DNA of 64,000 nt from Bifidobacterium breve (GCA_943329665.2 CALQEU020000020.1:584-64583); one strand, 5' to 3'; numbered from the stretch's first letter, positions 1 through 10,410 are shown. The notes: generated by a model not told the origin, from the letters alone. Numbers and translations: made by a program.

Positions 1-1106
1 GAAAAAAGCTTGTAGGAGAACCAGCTTTTAAATTTTAGGAATATCGTCCTTTCCTTTTCGAAAGCATGAACATTAACTTCCACACAATGATTTTGAATCA
101 AATCGTGAAACTCTTTACTGAGTGATGCGCCGAAGGTTTTATCCAATACCTCCAGATTCATTTCCAAACTTAACAATTCACTCAGATGATTTAAATTGAG
201 AGAACCTATACTTACCCACTGTTGATCGACTACACAAACTTTAGCATGCAAAACGGCATCCTTATATTCAAAAATTCGAACTCCATTTCTTAACAATTTT
301 CCATACAAGTACTGAGTGGCGGGTTTAATAAATGGGACATCACTAATTTTTCCTAAAACAATATTAACTTTTCGACCACGAATTGCTGCTCGAACAAGAA
401 TCTTAAGTAAGCGACGTGAAGGAATAAAATAACTTGCGATAATCAGTATTTCATGATGTGCATTTCCAAGCATGGTTTTATACGCAGATGAAATTTCATT
501 TCTCCCTCGAATCCAATCGTTGCGAGTCATTCTAACTTTTACTCCATCCTTTACTTGCGAAATAAACTTTTGTTTGCTTTTAACGGGATTCAACGTAAAC
601 TTTTTATTAAAAATACGTTCACAAACATCATTTATTTCGTTGGACACATTTCCCTCAACCAAAAGTGCATAATCAAGCCAAGGCAATTCATTCTTACTTC
701 CTCTATATTTATCGGCAATATTAATTCCGCCAACTAGTGATTTCTTTTTATCGGCAACACAAACTTTATGATGCAAACGACGGCCGGCTTGCAGAATGCC
801 TGGAAAAGGCAATGGAGAAAAAAAGCGAAAAGAAATATTTTGCATTTTCATTCGATCAGCAAATTCATTTCCTAAACTCATCGAACCAAATCCGTCCACT
901 ACTAAATACACGCTAACACCGCGGGCAGCGGCATCTTCGATTGCTTTTAAAATTATTTTTCCAGTATTATCTAAATCAAAAATATAAACTTGGAGATGCA
1001 AAGTATTTTCACATTCGTTTATCAACTCTATTAAAGTGTTAAAATACGATTCCCCTCCGTGAATTAAACGAATTGAATGTCCTGCAATAAAATCTTTTTT
1101 TGCCAA
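1..1106 (-). CDS. Phospholipase D / cardiolipin synthase-like protein (3' end runs off the window start)
   Basis: My own minus-strand translation; the ORF is absent from the track because it is open at position 1. It has two HKD motifs (HHKVCVADKKKSLVGGINI and HAKVCVVDQQWVSIGSLNLN). The only plausible in-frame start after the upstream TAA is TTG at 1106-1104. Confidence 0.8.
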   Translation of the reverse strand, partial: MAKKDFIAGHSIRLIHGGESYFNTLIELINECENTLHLQVYIFDLDNTGKIILKAIEDAAARGVSVYLVVDGFGSMSLGNEFADRMKMQNISFRFFSPLPFPGILQAGRRLHHKVCVADKKKSLVGGINIADKYRGSKNELPWLDYALLVEGNVSNEINDVCERIFNKKFTLNPVKSKQKFISQVKDGVKVRMTRNDWIRGRNEISSAYKTMLGNAHHEILIIASYFIPSRRLLKILVRAAIRGRKVNIVLGKISDVPFIKPATQYLYGKLLRNGVRIFEYKDAVLHAKVCVVDQQWVSIGSLNLNHLSELLSLEMNLEVLDKTFGASLSKEFHDLIQNHCVEVNVHAFEKERTIFLKFKSWFSYKLF

Positions 1107-1213
1107 GGAGAGAATAATCTTTACTTACAAATTTAATTAAGAAACAGGTTGAAACTGCTGAATTGTTACTACTAATTTTTATTTCTTGGTGATGAATCCA
1201 TTATATGATAATT

Positions 1214-1263
1214 CCAGCCATCTCTCACAAACTGAATAAATTCAGTTTGTGAGAGATGGCTGG
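1214..1263. repeat. Perfect 24-bp inverted repeat with 2-nt spacer (CCAGCCATCTCTCACAAACTGAAT / ATTCAGTTTGTGAGAGATGGCTGG)
   Basis: Read directly from the sequence. It lies between the murF-alr stop (1347) and the PLD start (1106). No T-run follows it on either strand. Confidence 0.9.
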
Positions 1264-1346
1264 GGATAGTGGGGTTATTTACATGTATGGACACATTAAA
1301 ATGCGTCCATACACTTTAAAAGATCATTGCTTATCTAAAATAAAAT

Positions 1347-3845
1347 CTATTCGTGGAAATAAACACGTTTCACGCGCTCAGAAATTCCGGTAAGCACTTC
1401 ATACGGGATAGTCTCAATTTCTGAAGAAATATCAAGGATGGAAGGATCGGCACCAAACACGATCACTTCGGTTCCCTCCTTTGCATTTGGCATTTCGCTT
1501 ACATCAATCATCGTCATGTCCATGCAAATACTTCCGAGTACTGGAGCTTTTTGACCTAAGACCATCATCTTTCCTACACCATTGCCTAAGCGACGACTCA
1601 ATCCATCGGCATAACCAATTCCAACGGTAGCAACCGTCATGTTTTTAGTAGCCACACCACGACGACTATATCCAATGGTTTCACCCGCTTTCACTTGACG
1701 AATTTGAGAGATGGTAGTTTTCAATGTAGCAACCATTTGCAATTGACGTTGTTCATTCACCGTAGATGCTACGCCATGCAATCCAATACCCAAACGCACC
1801 ATATCCATTTGCGCTTCTGGGAAACGCAAAATTCCAGAAGAATTTAAAATATGAGATAAGATCGGATACGAAAAATGCGAAACAATAGAAGCACTCATCT
1901 CCTTAAACAAACTTATTTGTTCACGTGTAAATGCATCGTGCTCTTGATCTTCACTTGCTACTAAATGTGAAAAAAGAGAAGCGACTTTAATGAACTTATT
2001 ATTTTTCAATCTAACAATAAGTTCACTTACTTCCTCCGCTTCAAAACCCAAGCGCTTCATTCCGGTATCCAACTCAATATGCACTGGGAATCGATTTGTC
2101 TCATTATTGGTTCCGCGTCGACGCAAGGCTTCAGTGAACTGATGCAAAATTCTAAAACTATAAATTTCGGGTTCGAGCGAATAATTAATCATGGCATCGA
2201 AGCTTTGCTCTTCTGGATTCATCACCATAATGGGTAATGAAATACCGGTTTTGCGAAGTTCTACACCTTCATCGGCATAAGCAACGGCCAAATAATCGAC
2301 ACGATGAAACTGCAGGACATTGGCAATTTCAAAACTTCCGCTACCATACGAGAATGCCTTCACCATCACCATTAATTTGGTTTCTGGTTTCAATCGCGAT
2401 TTAAATAAATTCAAATTATGTACAACGGCATTCAGATTTATTTCCAATACCGTTTCATGTGCTTTTTGTTGTAGCGCTCTTGAAATACTTTCAAAACCAA
2501 AAGAGCGAGCGCCTTTAATTAAAATCGTTTCATTGCCGAATAAATTATAATTTAGTTCACGCAAAAATTCTTCGGTATCGTGATAAAAAATTTTCTCTAA
2601 TGCAAACAATTCTTTTTGTCTACTGATTGCAGGTCCGATTCCAATCAATCGATGTACTGCTTTTTGTTGCAACAATGCAGCGACTTGTTGATACAATTGA
2701 ACTTCATCCTTCCCGCTTTGCAAAATATCACTTAATATTAAAGTACGTCGACGATGTTGCTTTTGTTGATTCATAAAATCGAGAGCGATGGTGAGTGAAC
2801 CTAAGTCAGAATTATAAGAATCATTAATTACTGAACAATTATTAATTCCCTCCTTTAACTCCAGTCGCATGGCTACAGGACTTAGCAGTTCCATGCGTTG
2901 TTCGATGACATCATTACTTAATCCAAGGAACAACATCAATGCCCAGCAATGAATTGCATTTTCAATAGAGGCATCATCGGTAAATGGAATGCGAATACTA
3001 ATAAAAGAATTTTTATAAATAGCTTGAACTTCGGTTTCGTGCTCACTCCTTGCAATTCTACCTACTTGTAAATCGGCCCTGGTTTTCTTTGACCATGTAA
3101 AAACCGATACTGAAGAATTCAGAATTCCACAATTCAATACGGTTTCATGAATAGCTGGATAATCACGACAATAAATTAACACATCTGCATTAGAAAAGAG
3201 CTGCATCTTCTCCTTAATTTTCTCTTCGTGATTCAAAAAGTTTTCATCGTGAGCAGATCCAATATTGGTTAGGATGCCTATTGTTGGACGAATTATTTTT
3301 TCCAATTCCTTCATCTCACCGGGCATAGAAATACCAGCTTCAAATATTCCTAGGTTATTCTCGGCTGCCATTAACCACACACTTAGTGGAACTCCTATTT
3401 GGGAATTATAACTTTTAGGACTGCGAACAATATGATAATTTTCACGAAGTAATTGATAGAGCCACTCTTTAACAATTGTTTTACCATTACTTCCAGTAAT
3501 CCCAATCACAGGAAAAGAAAACTGATCACGGTACCACGCAGCCAATACTTGCAATGCTTTTAGGCTATCCTTTACAATTAAAAAATTGGCTGCAATACCA
3601 TTTGGAATTAATTCCTTCTTAGTGACTACAAAATTTACAACTCCCGCCGCGAATAGCTCCGGAATAAAATCATGTCCATCTCTACGTTCACCAGCGATGG
3701 CAAAAAACAATGATAAGTTTGGATTACTAACTTTACGACTGTCTGTTTCCAGCAGTACAATTCCGGGATGCTCATCGATCCCTAAAAACAATTCAGCGTC
3801 AACTACTGAAGCAAGATCAGTTAACTTATGAAGCGCGTGCGCCAT
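1347..3845 (-). CDS. murF/alr: Bifunctional UDP-N-acetylmuramoyl-tripeptide--D-alanyl-D-alanine ligase (MurF) / alanine racemase (Alr) fusion
   Basis: The N-terminal half has the Mur ligase P-loop GITGSNGKTIVKEW and Mur ligase middle/C-terminal domains. The C-terminal half has the alanine racemase PLP-lysine region VMVKAFSYGSG and GYADG-type motifs. It is a single uninterrupted 832-aa ORF. Confidence 0.9.
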   Translation of the reverse strand: MAHALHKLTDLASVVDAELFLGIDEHPGIVLLETDSRKVSNPNLSLFFAIAGERRDGHDFIPELFAAGVVNFVVTKKELIPNGIAANFLIVKDSLKALQVLAAWYRDQFSFPVIGITGSNGKTIVKEWLYQLLRENYHIVRSPKSYNSQIGVPLSVWLMAAENNLGIFEAGISMPGEMKELEKIIRPTIGILTNIGSAHDENFLNHEEKIKEKMQLFSNADVLIYCRDYPAIHETVLNCGILNSSVSVFTWSKKTRADLQVGRIARSEHETEVQAIYKNSFISIRIPFTDDASIENAIHCWALMLFLGLSNDVIEQRMELLSPVAMRLELKEGINNCSVINDSYNSDLGSLTIALDFMNQQKQHRRRTLILSDILQSGKDEVQLYQQVAALLQQKAVHRLIGIGPAISRQKELFALEKIFYHDTEEFLRELNYNLFGNETILIKGARSFGFESISRALQQKAHETVLEINLNAVVHNLNLFKSRLKPETKLMVMVKAFSYGSGSFEIANVLQFHRVDYLAVAYADEGVELRKTGISLPIMVMNPEEQSFDAMINYSLEPEIYSFRILHQFTEALRRRGTNNETNRFPVHIELDTGMKRLGFEAEEVSELIVRLKNNKFIKVASLFSHLVASEDQEHDAFTREQISLFKEMSASIVSHFSYPILSHILNSSGILRFPEAQMDMVRLGIGLHGVASTVNEQRQLQMVATLKTTISQIRQVKAGETIGYSRRGVATKNMTVATVGIGYADGLSRRLGNGVGKMMVLGQKAPVLGSICMDMTMIDVSEMPNAKEGTEVIVFGADPSILDISSEIETIPYEVLTGISERVKRVYFHE

Positions 3846-3854
3846 CTTCTAAAA

Positions 3855-4457
3855 TTATCCTTCATTAAGTTCAAGTTGCATCAACCTTTGTTCTTTCACA
3901 AAACAAGTGCGACATAGAGGAATATAACTTTCCTTCTCCCCCAATAAAACCAATGAGGATTCATTCACGATGCGATGAGAATGAGTAGCGAGATCGCCAC
4001 AATTCATGCAGATAGCATGTACTTTAGAAATATAATCTGCGATCGCTAAAAGGTGAGGCATCGGACCAAATGGTTTTCCCAAATAGTCCATATCGAGACC
4101 TGCGACAATCACACGTGTACCTGAATTTGCTAATGTTTCACAAACATAAGGCAACTGATCATCAAAAAATTGTGCTTCATCAATTCCGATTACATCTACA
4201 TCATGTCCCAACAATAAAATATTTGAAGAAGCAGGAACAGGAGTACTTTGAATTGCGTTTGAATCGTGTGAAACAATATTTATTTCATCATATCGGGATT
4301 CGATTGAGGGCTTAAATATTTCTACTTGTTGTTTTGCAATTTTTGCACGCTTAAGCCGGCGAATTAATTCTTCAGTCTTCCCTGAGAACATACATCCAGC
4401 AACAACTTCAATCGAACCTTTTCTAGGTTGCACTCTTTTGGTTTGTTCAATAAACAT
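3855..4457 (-). CDS. tdk: Thymidine kinase
   Basis: Motifs [15 protein letters not shown] (P-loop), IDEAQFF, and a C-terminal Cys pair CMNCG...CRTC. The track ORF starts at 4505, but the internal Met at 4457 (MFIEQTK...) gives the usual TK length. Confidence 0.9.
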   Translation of the reverse strand: MFIEQTKRVQPRKGSIEVVAGCMFSGKTEELIRRLKRAKIAKQQVEIFKPSIESRYDEINIVSHDSNAIQSTPVPASSNILLLGHDVDVIGIDEAQFFDDQLPYVCETLANSGTRVIVAGLDMDYLGKPFGPMPHLLAIADYISKVHAICMNCGDLATHSHRIVNESSLVLLGEKESYIPLCRTCFVKEQRLMQLELNEG

Positions 4458-4532
4458 AATCTGATTTACAGGGTTAAATTTAGAATATTCTAACCTCGAA
4501 ACCATCTAAATGTTAATAACCTTTAATTTCAT

Positions 4533-4568
4533 TGAAAAAAGAAAGGCTGCCCGAAAGATGGACAGCCT
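4533..4568 (-). terminator. Intrinsic terminator-like hairpin downstream of the 4618-5877 gene
   Basis: Stem AGGCTG(CC)...(GG)ACAGCCT at 4544-4568. On the minus strand it is followed by TTCTTTTTTC. Confidence 0.55.
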
Positions 4569-4617
4569 CTAAATTGCTTTTTTCCTGCGACTTACGTTTT
4601 TCTACGAAAACTAAATA

Positions 4618-5877
4618 TTAATCAACTAAAAGACGGCTTGTTTGAATTTCGTTGCCTTGACGGACTACTATTTGGTACAAACCGCTCACCAATTCGGAAA
4701 TATCCAAATCAACAGATTGCAATCCCGAACGTAGAGTGGCTGAAATAGAATACGCCACCGATCCTTTTACATCAATAATTGAAATTACTGTATTTCCGGT
4801 TTGTTCCATTTGCAACATCATTCGAACATTATCATGAGCAGGATTTGGATACAGACCAAAAGTTTTAATGGAGCTATTCTCAATCAACCCAGAAGCAACG
4901 GCCGGACTTTTATCAAAATAAAAGTTTCCAGTAGAAGCGCCATCAAATCCAGTAAACGCCATTTTCCAAACAGCATTTTGACGATCAGAAACAAAATAAA
5001 CAAGCGAATCAGAAATGAGCCATCCGTTCGAATTGAAGTCGTAAGTTTTCCAATCATAACCAATTGCATTGATTTCTCCTTTCAATGGTCCAGAACCTGC
5101 GCTCGCTGTATTGACATCTACAGGATATGCTTTTTCAACAAATACAGAATCGTTGCTTAAAACTCCTGTCACTTTATAAGTAACTGGACTAATTGCCAAG
5201 TACTGACAAAAAGTAAGATCCCATGAATTGTAGATGGGTTCACGATCAATTGAAACATTGTTCACTAAAGAATAATAAGCAAAAAACTTTCCTTGGAATG
5301 CACTTTTTGATAGTGCAGCAACAATCTCATTGCTGCCATTAAGATTTGCAAAACGGAAATTATAAGTACCACTTGCTAATGATTCAATTTTAATTTTTCG
5401 GATATCGGTTGCACCAATTTTAATAAAATAAACAGAGTCACCGGAAATAATATGGGTTGCAAAATCATACGTTCCCCAACCTAAATCAAACGGATTGGTG
5501 GCATCATTCGTACTATTAAATGCACCAAAATCCCAGCTGGTATCAGAATTCACTAATTCAAAGGCAGGATTATTGACAATACCCGTGGTGTCAGAAGTCA
5601 TCATCGTTGACCATTGCGAAATATCCTTATTTGCTTTCCAAAGTTTTACATTATTCTTCGAGTTGATGAGGATGGATGCAGCAAATCCTCGCAACTGAAA
5701 AGCAATATCCCAATTGGTATGCGTAATGTTACTCAGCTCTCCGGAATTCATATTGTAAAATACTTGATTGGTATATCCAGGCTGGATACTTACCACATCG
5801 GAAACAACTTGCGCATTTGCAGAAAAGCTTATGCAGCTACATCCGATGGCAAGAATTAGAGTTTGAATTTTATTCAT
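4618..5877 (-). CDS. HmuY-like (hemophore-like) secreted protein with T9SS C-terminal sorting domain
   Basis: Signal peptide. HmuY-family signatures NWDIAFQLRG and SWDLTFCQY. A strand resembling the HmuY C-terminus (YFIKIGATDIRKIKIESLASGTYNFRF). The last ~80 aa is a Por-type tail: LYPNPAHDNVRMML...SGLYQIVVRQGNEIQTSRLLVD. Confidence 0.7.
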   Translation of the reverse strand: MNKIQTLILAIGCSCISFSANAQVVSDVVSIQPGYTNQVFYNMNSGELSNITHTNWDIAFQLRGFAASILINSKNNVKLWKANKDISQWSTMMTSDTTGIVNNPAFELVNSDTSWDFGAFNSTNDATNPFDLGWGTYDFATHIISGDSVYFIKIGATDIRKIKIESLASGTYNFRFANLNGSNEIVAALSKSAFQGKFFAYYSLVNNVSIDREPIYNSWDLTFCQYLAISPVTYKVTGVLSNDSVFVEKAYPVDVNTASAGSGPLKGEINAIGYDWKTYDFNSNGWLISDSLVYFVSDRQNAVWKMAFTGFDGASTGNFYFDKSPAVASGLIENSSIKTFGLYPNPAHDNVRMMLQMEQTGNTVISIIDVKGSVAYSISATLRSGLQSVDLDISELVSGLYQIVVRQGNEIQTSRLLVD

Positions 5878-5889
5878 GATTTTATCTAT

Positions 5890-6909
5890 TTAGATTCGTT
5901 GATATTCTAGTGTAACTGTTCCTTTCACTCCTTGCTGGTTATAAAAATCAACCATACGTACTTTATAGAAAAAACCTTTTTCATCCTTTAATAAAAAGAA
6001 AAGATCAGGACGGATATAATATTGATTATTTCCAAAATCATAATACTTCCAATCGAAGCCAATAATGTCAGCCATGTTTGAAAAAGGAAATGAATCCACA
6101 TTGGAATAAGCACAATCTACAAAAGGAAGATATGCAGGTATTGAGTCCTTTTTTATTACAGACCCGCTCATATCTTTCCATCGATTTAGTAATGCACCAG
6201 CAACAGGATAATATCGATAAGGGCTAGAAAGGGGTTCATCGTAATAAACATGTGTATACTTGGTGAAAACAAAATCCCATTCGGAAGAAGGAGGAGCTTG
6301 ATTTACTAATGTTCCATTATTATTGAAAGAAAAATATACCAACCCATAATTCGGATTCTTGGGTATAGACATCACCGTTACGCCACTATTATCAAGATTA
6401 GAGTAGCGAATTTCATAGTGAGTATCATCTGCTGATAGAAATTGCAATTTACGGAAACGATTTGCCCCTGTATGATCAATTCTTCCTCTATCAATAATAA
6501 ACACATGGCTATATCCATTCGTATTGGTTACCGCGTTCACCCACCATTTGCCAATGGCAGTACTGTCATCCATATAATTTGATGCATCTACTCTCCAATT
6601 AGAATTCGTTGAATCCGCTAGAAAAAAATCGCCATTATTCGTTTGAGATGCAAACATTAATTTTCCAGAATTCAAATACACATGCATTCCTTGCACTGAC
6701 GATTCAAACATCAGGTCATAGTTACGATAGGGTGCTAACGTAATTTTTCCTTGACTCAAACTCACATACACTTGATAGTCGTAATTGATCCCCATGGGCG
6801 CAAACAACTGCTTCACAGGTCCAGGAGATGGAAGTACTACTGACTCATCATCCTTTTGACAAGAAGAAGCTAATACAAGCAGTGCGAATAAGATCAAATA
6901 ATTTCTCAT
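5890..6909 (-). CDS. HmuY-like lipoprotein
   Basis: Lipobox LLVLASSC. NYDLMFESS and SEWDFVFTKYT motifs. The C-terminus FFYKVRMVDFYNQQGVKGTVTLEYQRI resembles the HmuY C-terminal strands. Its start overlaps the receptor stop by 4 nt (ATGA). Confidence 0.65.
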   Translation of the reverse strand: MRNYLILFALLVLASSCQKDDESVVLPSPGPVKQLFAPMGINYDYQVYVSLSQGKITLAPYRNYDLMFESSVQGMHVYLNSGKLMFASQTNNGDFFLADSTNSNWRVDASNYMDDSTAIGKWWVNAVTNTNGYSHVFIIDRGRIDHTGANRFRKLQFLSADDTHYEIRYSNLDNSGVTVMSIPKNPNYGLVYFSFNNNGTLVNQAPPSSEWDFVFTKYTHVYYDEPLSSPYRYYPVAGALLNRWKDMSGSVIKKDSIPAYLPFVDCAYSNVDSFPFSNMADIIGFDWKYYDFGNNQYYIRPDLFFLLKDEKGFFYKVRMVDFYNQQGVKGTVTLEYQRI

Positions 6910-9164
6910 CCTCTAAAATTAAATGTTAGTTTAGTAAACACTGATGTTCCCATTCCGACAGGTGTACCTGAGGAAGATTCACCACTATGTGCTCCTCCAC
7001 CTGAAAGCGAACTTAGGTTGGTTACATTATATATATTCTTCAATCCACCTGTAATAGTGAGTCGATTTTTTATTAATTCTTGACGAACACTTACGTCCAT
7101 CATTTTATAAGCATCATTATTCAAACGATCGACAGAACCATCGGCATTTGCAATGAATATCGGTCGCTCACCATACATCTTCCAAAATACAGAAATTGTA
7201 GTTTTCGTTTTCTTGATAGTATAATCGGCAGACGTTGTAAACTCAGGATACCAAGCGACATTCGGCTGTTCAACATCCCCTTCAAAAGTTCCCCATGTTC
7301 CAGTATAAGAAACTCCAGCTTGGAAAGTAAACTGATGATGAGCGAGTTTCGACTTAAAATCAATCCCTTTAGAAATGAATTTATCTAGATTCACGTAGGT
7401 GTACAACAAACTATTGACATCATATTGGACAAGAGAAATCTTATTATGAATATTATTATAAAAAAATCCAGGTTCCACTGACAACACAAAATCACTCCAT
7501 AACTTTTTATACTCAACACTTGCCATTACTTGCGTTGAAGTTTCCGCTTCTAAGTTCGGATTACCTTGAACGTTATGAATTCCATTGTCAACAAAATATA
7601 AATACTGCTCCTTTAAAGATGGGGCACGATATCCTTTACTCCATGAACTTCTCACGGCCCAAGTATTTCCAGAACGATACAAAACACTAATGGAAGGCAC
7701 TAGTGGAGCATTATCAAATTGAGAATTATAAATGGCTCTTACAGCAGGACGAATAACGAAATATTCAATGGGTTTAAAATCGATACTAACATATCCTGCT
7801 ACATCAGTCATTCTATGTTTAGCACCATCAATTCTTTTTCCTTCTCCGACTTCATCATTCATATCTACTCCACTCAACAAACTCCATTTTGAATTGGGTC
7901 GGGCATAAGAATGTGTAGCTCTAAAAAACAATGCATTAAACTGAGTGGTATCATCATCTAACAAATCAGGCGTAAGTGATTCGGTCAAATTCACCATATT
8001 CTTTCTAAAAGTATTCTTTTCATACTTATACATAGAATAGGCCGCTAAAATATTTAAAGCTGATTCATTTTTAAATTTCTTTTCGAATGATAAAGAATTA
8101 TTAATGCGAGTTGTATAAAAATACTGATCATTTGCATACGCGTAATAAGGAGTAATGAGCACATCAGCTTTGTCAATCATTTCTTCTTTAAAAAAAGAGG
8201 AATGCAAAGAAAGTTTAGCTGATTTAATTGTGTGCGTGATCTTAACATCACCTAAATACTGTTCACGCGGATTCCATAATTGTGATCGAGAATTCGCATT
8301 GTCCGGATCAAATCCATCAAAATAATTACGAGCTCCGCTTAAGGAGACGGAAGTATTTTTAATATTCGCTCCTAGACTGATATCTGAATTATACTGACCC
8401 GTACTTTCATAATATCCAGCTGCGGAACCCATCCATTTATCGCTTTGATTTTTCTTAGAAATCAAATTGATGACACCACCCAATGCATCCGTACCATAAA
8501 GAACCGACATTGGACCTTTTACGATTTCTACTTTCTCGAGATTATTTAAATTGATTTGACCTAGATCTATATTTCCATTTTGACGACCAATCATGGGAAT
8601 ACCATCCATCAATATTTTAATGTGTTCGCCACCGGTTCCTTGAATACTCAAGCTACTTCCACCCACAGCAGGGTCATAGGCCACTCGCATATTTAACTCT
8701 TGCGATAATAAATCCTTAACCGTTACCGCGCCTCTCTTTTCAAAATCGGAAGTGCCAAGTACTTGCACTGCAACTACCGCATCTCTTTGATAAACGGCTA
8801 CATGATTACCCGTTACAACTACTTCTCCTAAACTAACTGGAATTTTAGTAAGCACAATATCTTGTAAACCGACCTTTTCATAAATGGTATCAATTCGCGT
8901 GGAAAACCCTGGATAATTAATGCTTCGTACTAAAGGCAAATCAAAACCCAGCACCCACGCCTCTCCTTTTTGATTCGTGTGAACAACAGCCGCTTGCGCA
9001 TCATTTGGAATAGAAGAAAATATCACCAAAGCACCATTCAAAATTTGGAAATCACTATTTCGCAACCGAACACTTTGGGCATTAGAATAATCCAAGTTTA
9101 TGACTGTGAAAAGGAGTGCCACTGCTAGTACTTTATATAAGAGGTTAAATGAATAACTTATCAT
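6906..9164 (-). CDS. TonB-dependent outer-membrane receptor (HmuR-like context)
   Basis: Signal peptide and a CarboxypepD_reg-like N-domain. Plug motifs GGEHIKILMDGIPM and LEKVEIVKGPMSVLYGTDALGGVINLISK. Long beta-barrel region. Confidence 0.9.
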   Translation of the reverse strand: MISYSFNLLYKVLAVALLFTVINLDYSNAQSVRLRNSDFQILNGALVIFSSIPNDAQAAVVHTNQKGEAWVLGFDLPLVRSINYPGFSTRIDTIYEKVGLQDIVLTKIPVSLGEVVVTGNHVAVYQRDAVVAVQVLGTSDFEKRGAVTVKDLLSQELNMRVAYDPAVGGSSLSIQGTGGEHIKILMDGIPMIGRQNGNIDLGQINLNNLEKVEIVKGPMSVLYGTDALGGVINLISKKNQSDKWMGSAAGYYESTGQYNSDISLGANIKNTSVSLSGARNYFDGFDPDNANSRSQLWNPREQYLGDVKITHTIKSAKLSLHSSFFKEEMIDKADVLITPYYAYANDQYFYTTRINNSLSFEKKFKNESALNILAAYSMYKYEKNTFRKNMVNLTESLTPDLLDDDTTQFNALFFRATHSYARPNSKWSLLSGVDMNDEVGEGKRIDGAKHRMTDVAGYVSIDFKPIEYFVIRPAVRAIYNSQFDNAPLVPSISVLYRSGNTWAVRSSWSKGYRAPSLKEQYLYFVDNGIHNVQGNPNLEAETSTQVMASVEYKKLWSDFVLSVEPGFFYNNIHNKISLVQYDVNSLLYTYVNLDKFISKGIDFKSKLAHHQFTFQAGVSYTGTWGTFEGDVEQPNVAWYPEFTTSADYTIKKTKTTISVFWKMYGERPIFIANADGSVDRLNNDAYKMMDVSVRQELIKNRLTITGGLKNIYNVTNLSSLSGGGAHSGESSSGTPVGMGTSVFTKLTFNFRG

Positions 9165-9171
9165 GCGAGTG

Positions 9172-9179
9172 CAAAATTA
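9172..9179 (-). promoter_or_regulatory. Bacteroidota-type -7 promoter box TAATTTTG upstream of the TonB-dependent receptor
   Basis: The reverse complement of 9172-9179 matches TAnnTTTG. It lies 7 nt upstream of the ATG at 9164. Confidence 0.45.
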
Positions 9180-9509
9180 GATGAGAGAGGGCTTACAACA
9201 TGTGAAAATAAATTGATGCATGTCATAAAAGATGTAATCTGACAATGCACTGACAAAGTGCGGCATTAGAAAAATACAATTTTCATGGGTTAAAAAAACC
9301 TTGTTAATCATTTGAACGGGAGCTTTAAAAGGCTGAAACAGATAAATTGACCGATTCAACCCGAAAAAGCGAATGATAACAAAACTAATTCATACACTAT
9401 TGTTAATTAAGATTTCAGAACCCTTGATGACTCATTTAAAAATAACTCAATTTTGTAGTGTATGTGATTTCAGTACAATATTCGCTAAACAAATTCGCTT
9501 AGATTAAAT

Positions 9510-10406
9510 ATGGAAAATACGACTCGCCCATTCACAGAAGATATTAGAAAAACGCTTCGATCTTTAAATTTACAGTTAGAGAATTGGATGAATTCTCAGC
9601 AACCCATATCCTTATTAGAAAAAGATCTCATTAAAGAAAATTTGCGATCAATTTATCAATTAATAGATGAGTTATCTACTGATAAGAAATTCGATAGTGT
9701 ATACTCAGAAATTCAATCCCAAAAATTGGAAGCTGCTGGTGATTTTATCCAACAACCCAATATTAAAATTTCGGAAGAGGTAACGAATACAATTCGTAAA
9801 ACGGAGGAGAGGATTGAAAATACTTATACTCCCATCACTGAAGTTCCAACGGTGACTAGTTCTTCACTCTACTCCTCTTCTATAGAAGAGATGATAGAAA
9901 ATGCTACGGTTATAAATTCAGTTGACAACACTGTGCTAAACAATGAACCTAAAGAAAGTGCAGAAGAAAAAGCAGTATCAAGCCCAAGTATTCATCATGC
10001 CATTGAAGAAAAAACCATTGAAGCGCGTATTCAAGAAGTAAAAGCTGCGACACGATACGAGGAAATTCGAACCATTGGAAGTACTTACGCTCCAGGAGCA
10101 TCGATTGGCGATAAAATCAACAAATCACAAACCGATAAAAGTATCAGTGAAAAAATCAACACACAGCCCCTTGTTGATTTAAAATTAAGCATTGGTATAA
10201 ACGAACGATTTGCGTTCATCAATGAATTATTTAAAGGTGATCAACAACTTTATCATCAGAGTATTGACAAATTAAATTCGATGCAGGTTTATGAAGATGC
10301 CCAACATTTGATTCATCATGAACTAATGCAAAAATTAAATTGGGACGAGAATAATTCCCGATTGCAAGAATTTAACAAACTCGTTAAAAGACGATTTAAT
10401 TTTTAG
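9510..10406 (+). CDS. Hypothetical protein (acidic, low-complexity middle; conserved-looking C-terminal ~90 aa)
   Basis: Long ORF with no competing frame. It lies 4 nt upstream of the M28 peptidase gene. I recognise no catalytic motif. Confidence 0.6.
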   Translation: MENTTRPFTEDIRKTLRSLNLQLENWMNSQQPISLLEKDLIKENLRSIYQLIDELSTDKKFDSVYSEIQSQKLEAAGDFIQQPNIKISEEVTNTIRKTEERIENTYTPITEVPTVTSSSLYSSSIEEMIENATVINSVDNTVLNNEPKESAEEKAVSSPSIHHAIEEKTIEARIQEVKAATRYEEIRTIGSTYAPGASIGDKINKSQTDKSISEKINTQPLVDLKLSIGINERFAFINELFKGDQQLYHQSIDKLNSMQVYEDAQHLIHHELMQKLNWDENNSRLQEFNKLVKRRFNF

Positions 10407-10410
10407 AACA

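Noticed and set aside
9177-9359. 60-aa ORF in the receptor upstream region
   Set aside because: It lies upstream of the predicted receptor promoter box, has an odd composition, and has no signal or motif. It is probably a chance ORF in AT-rich DNA.
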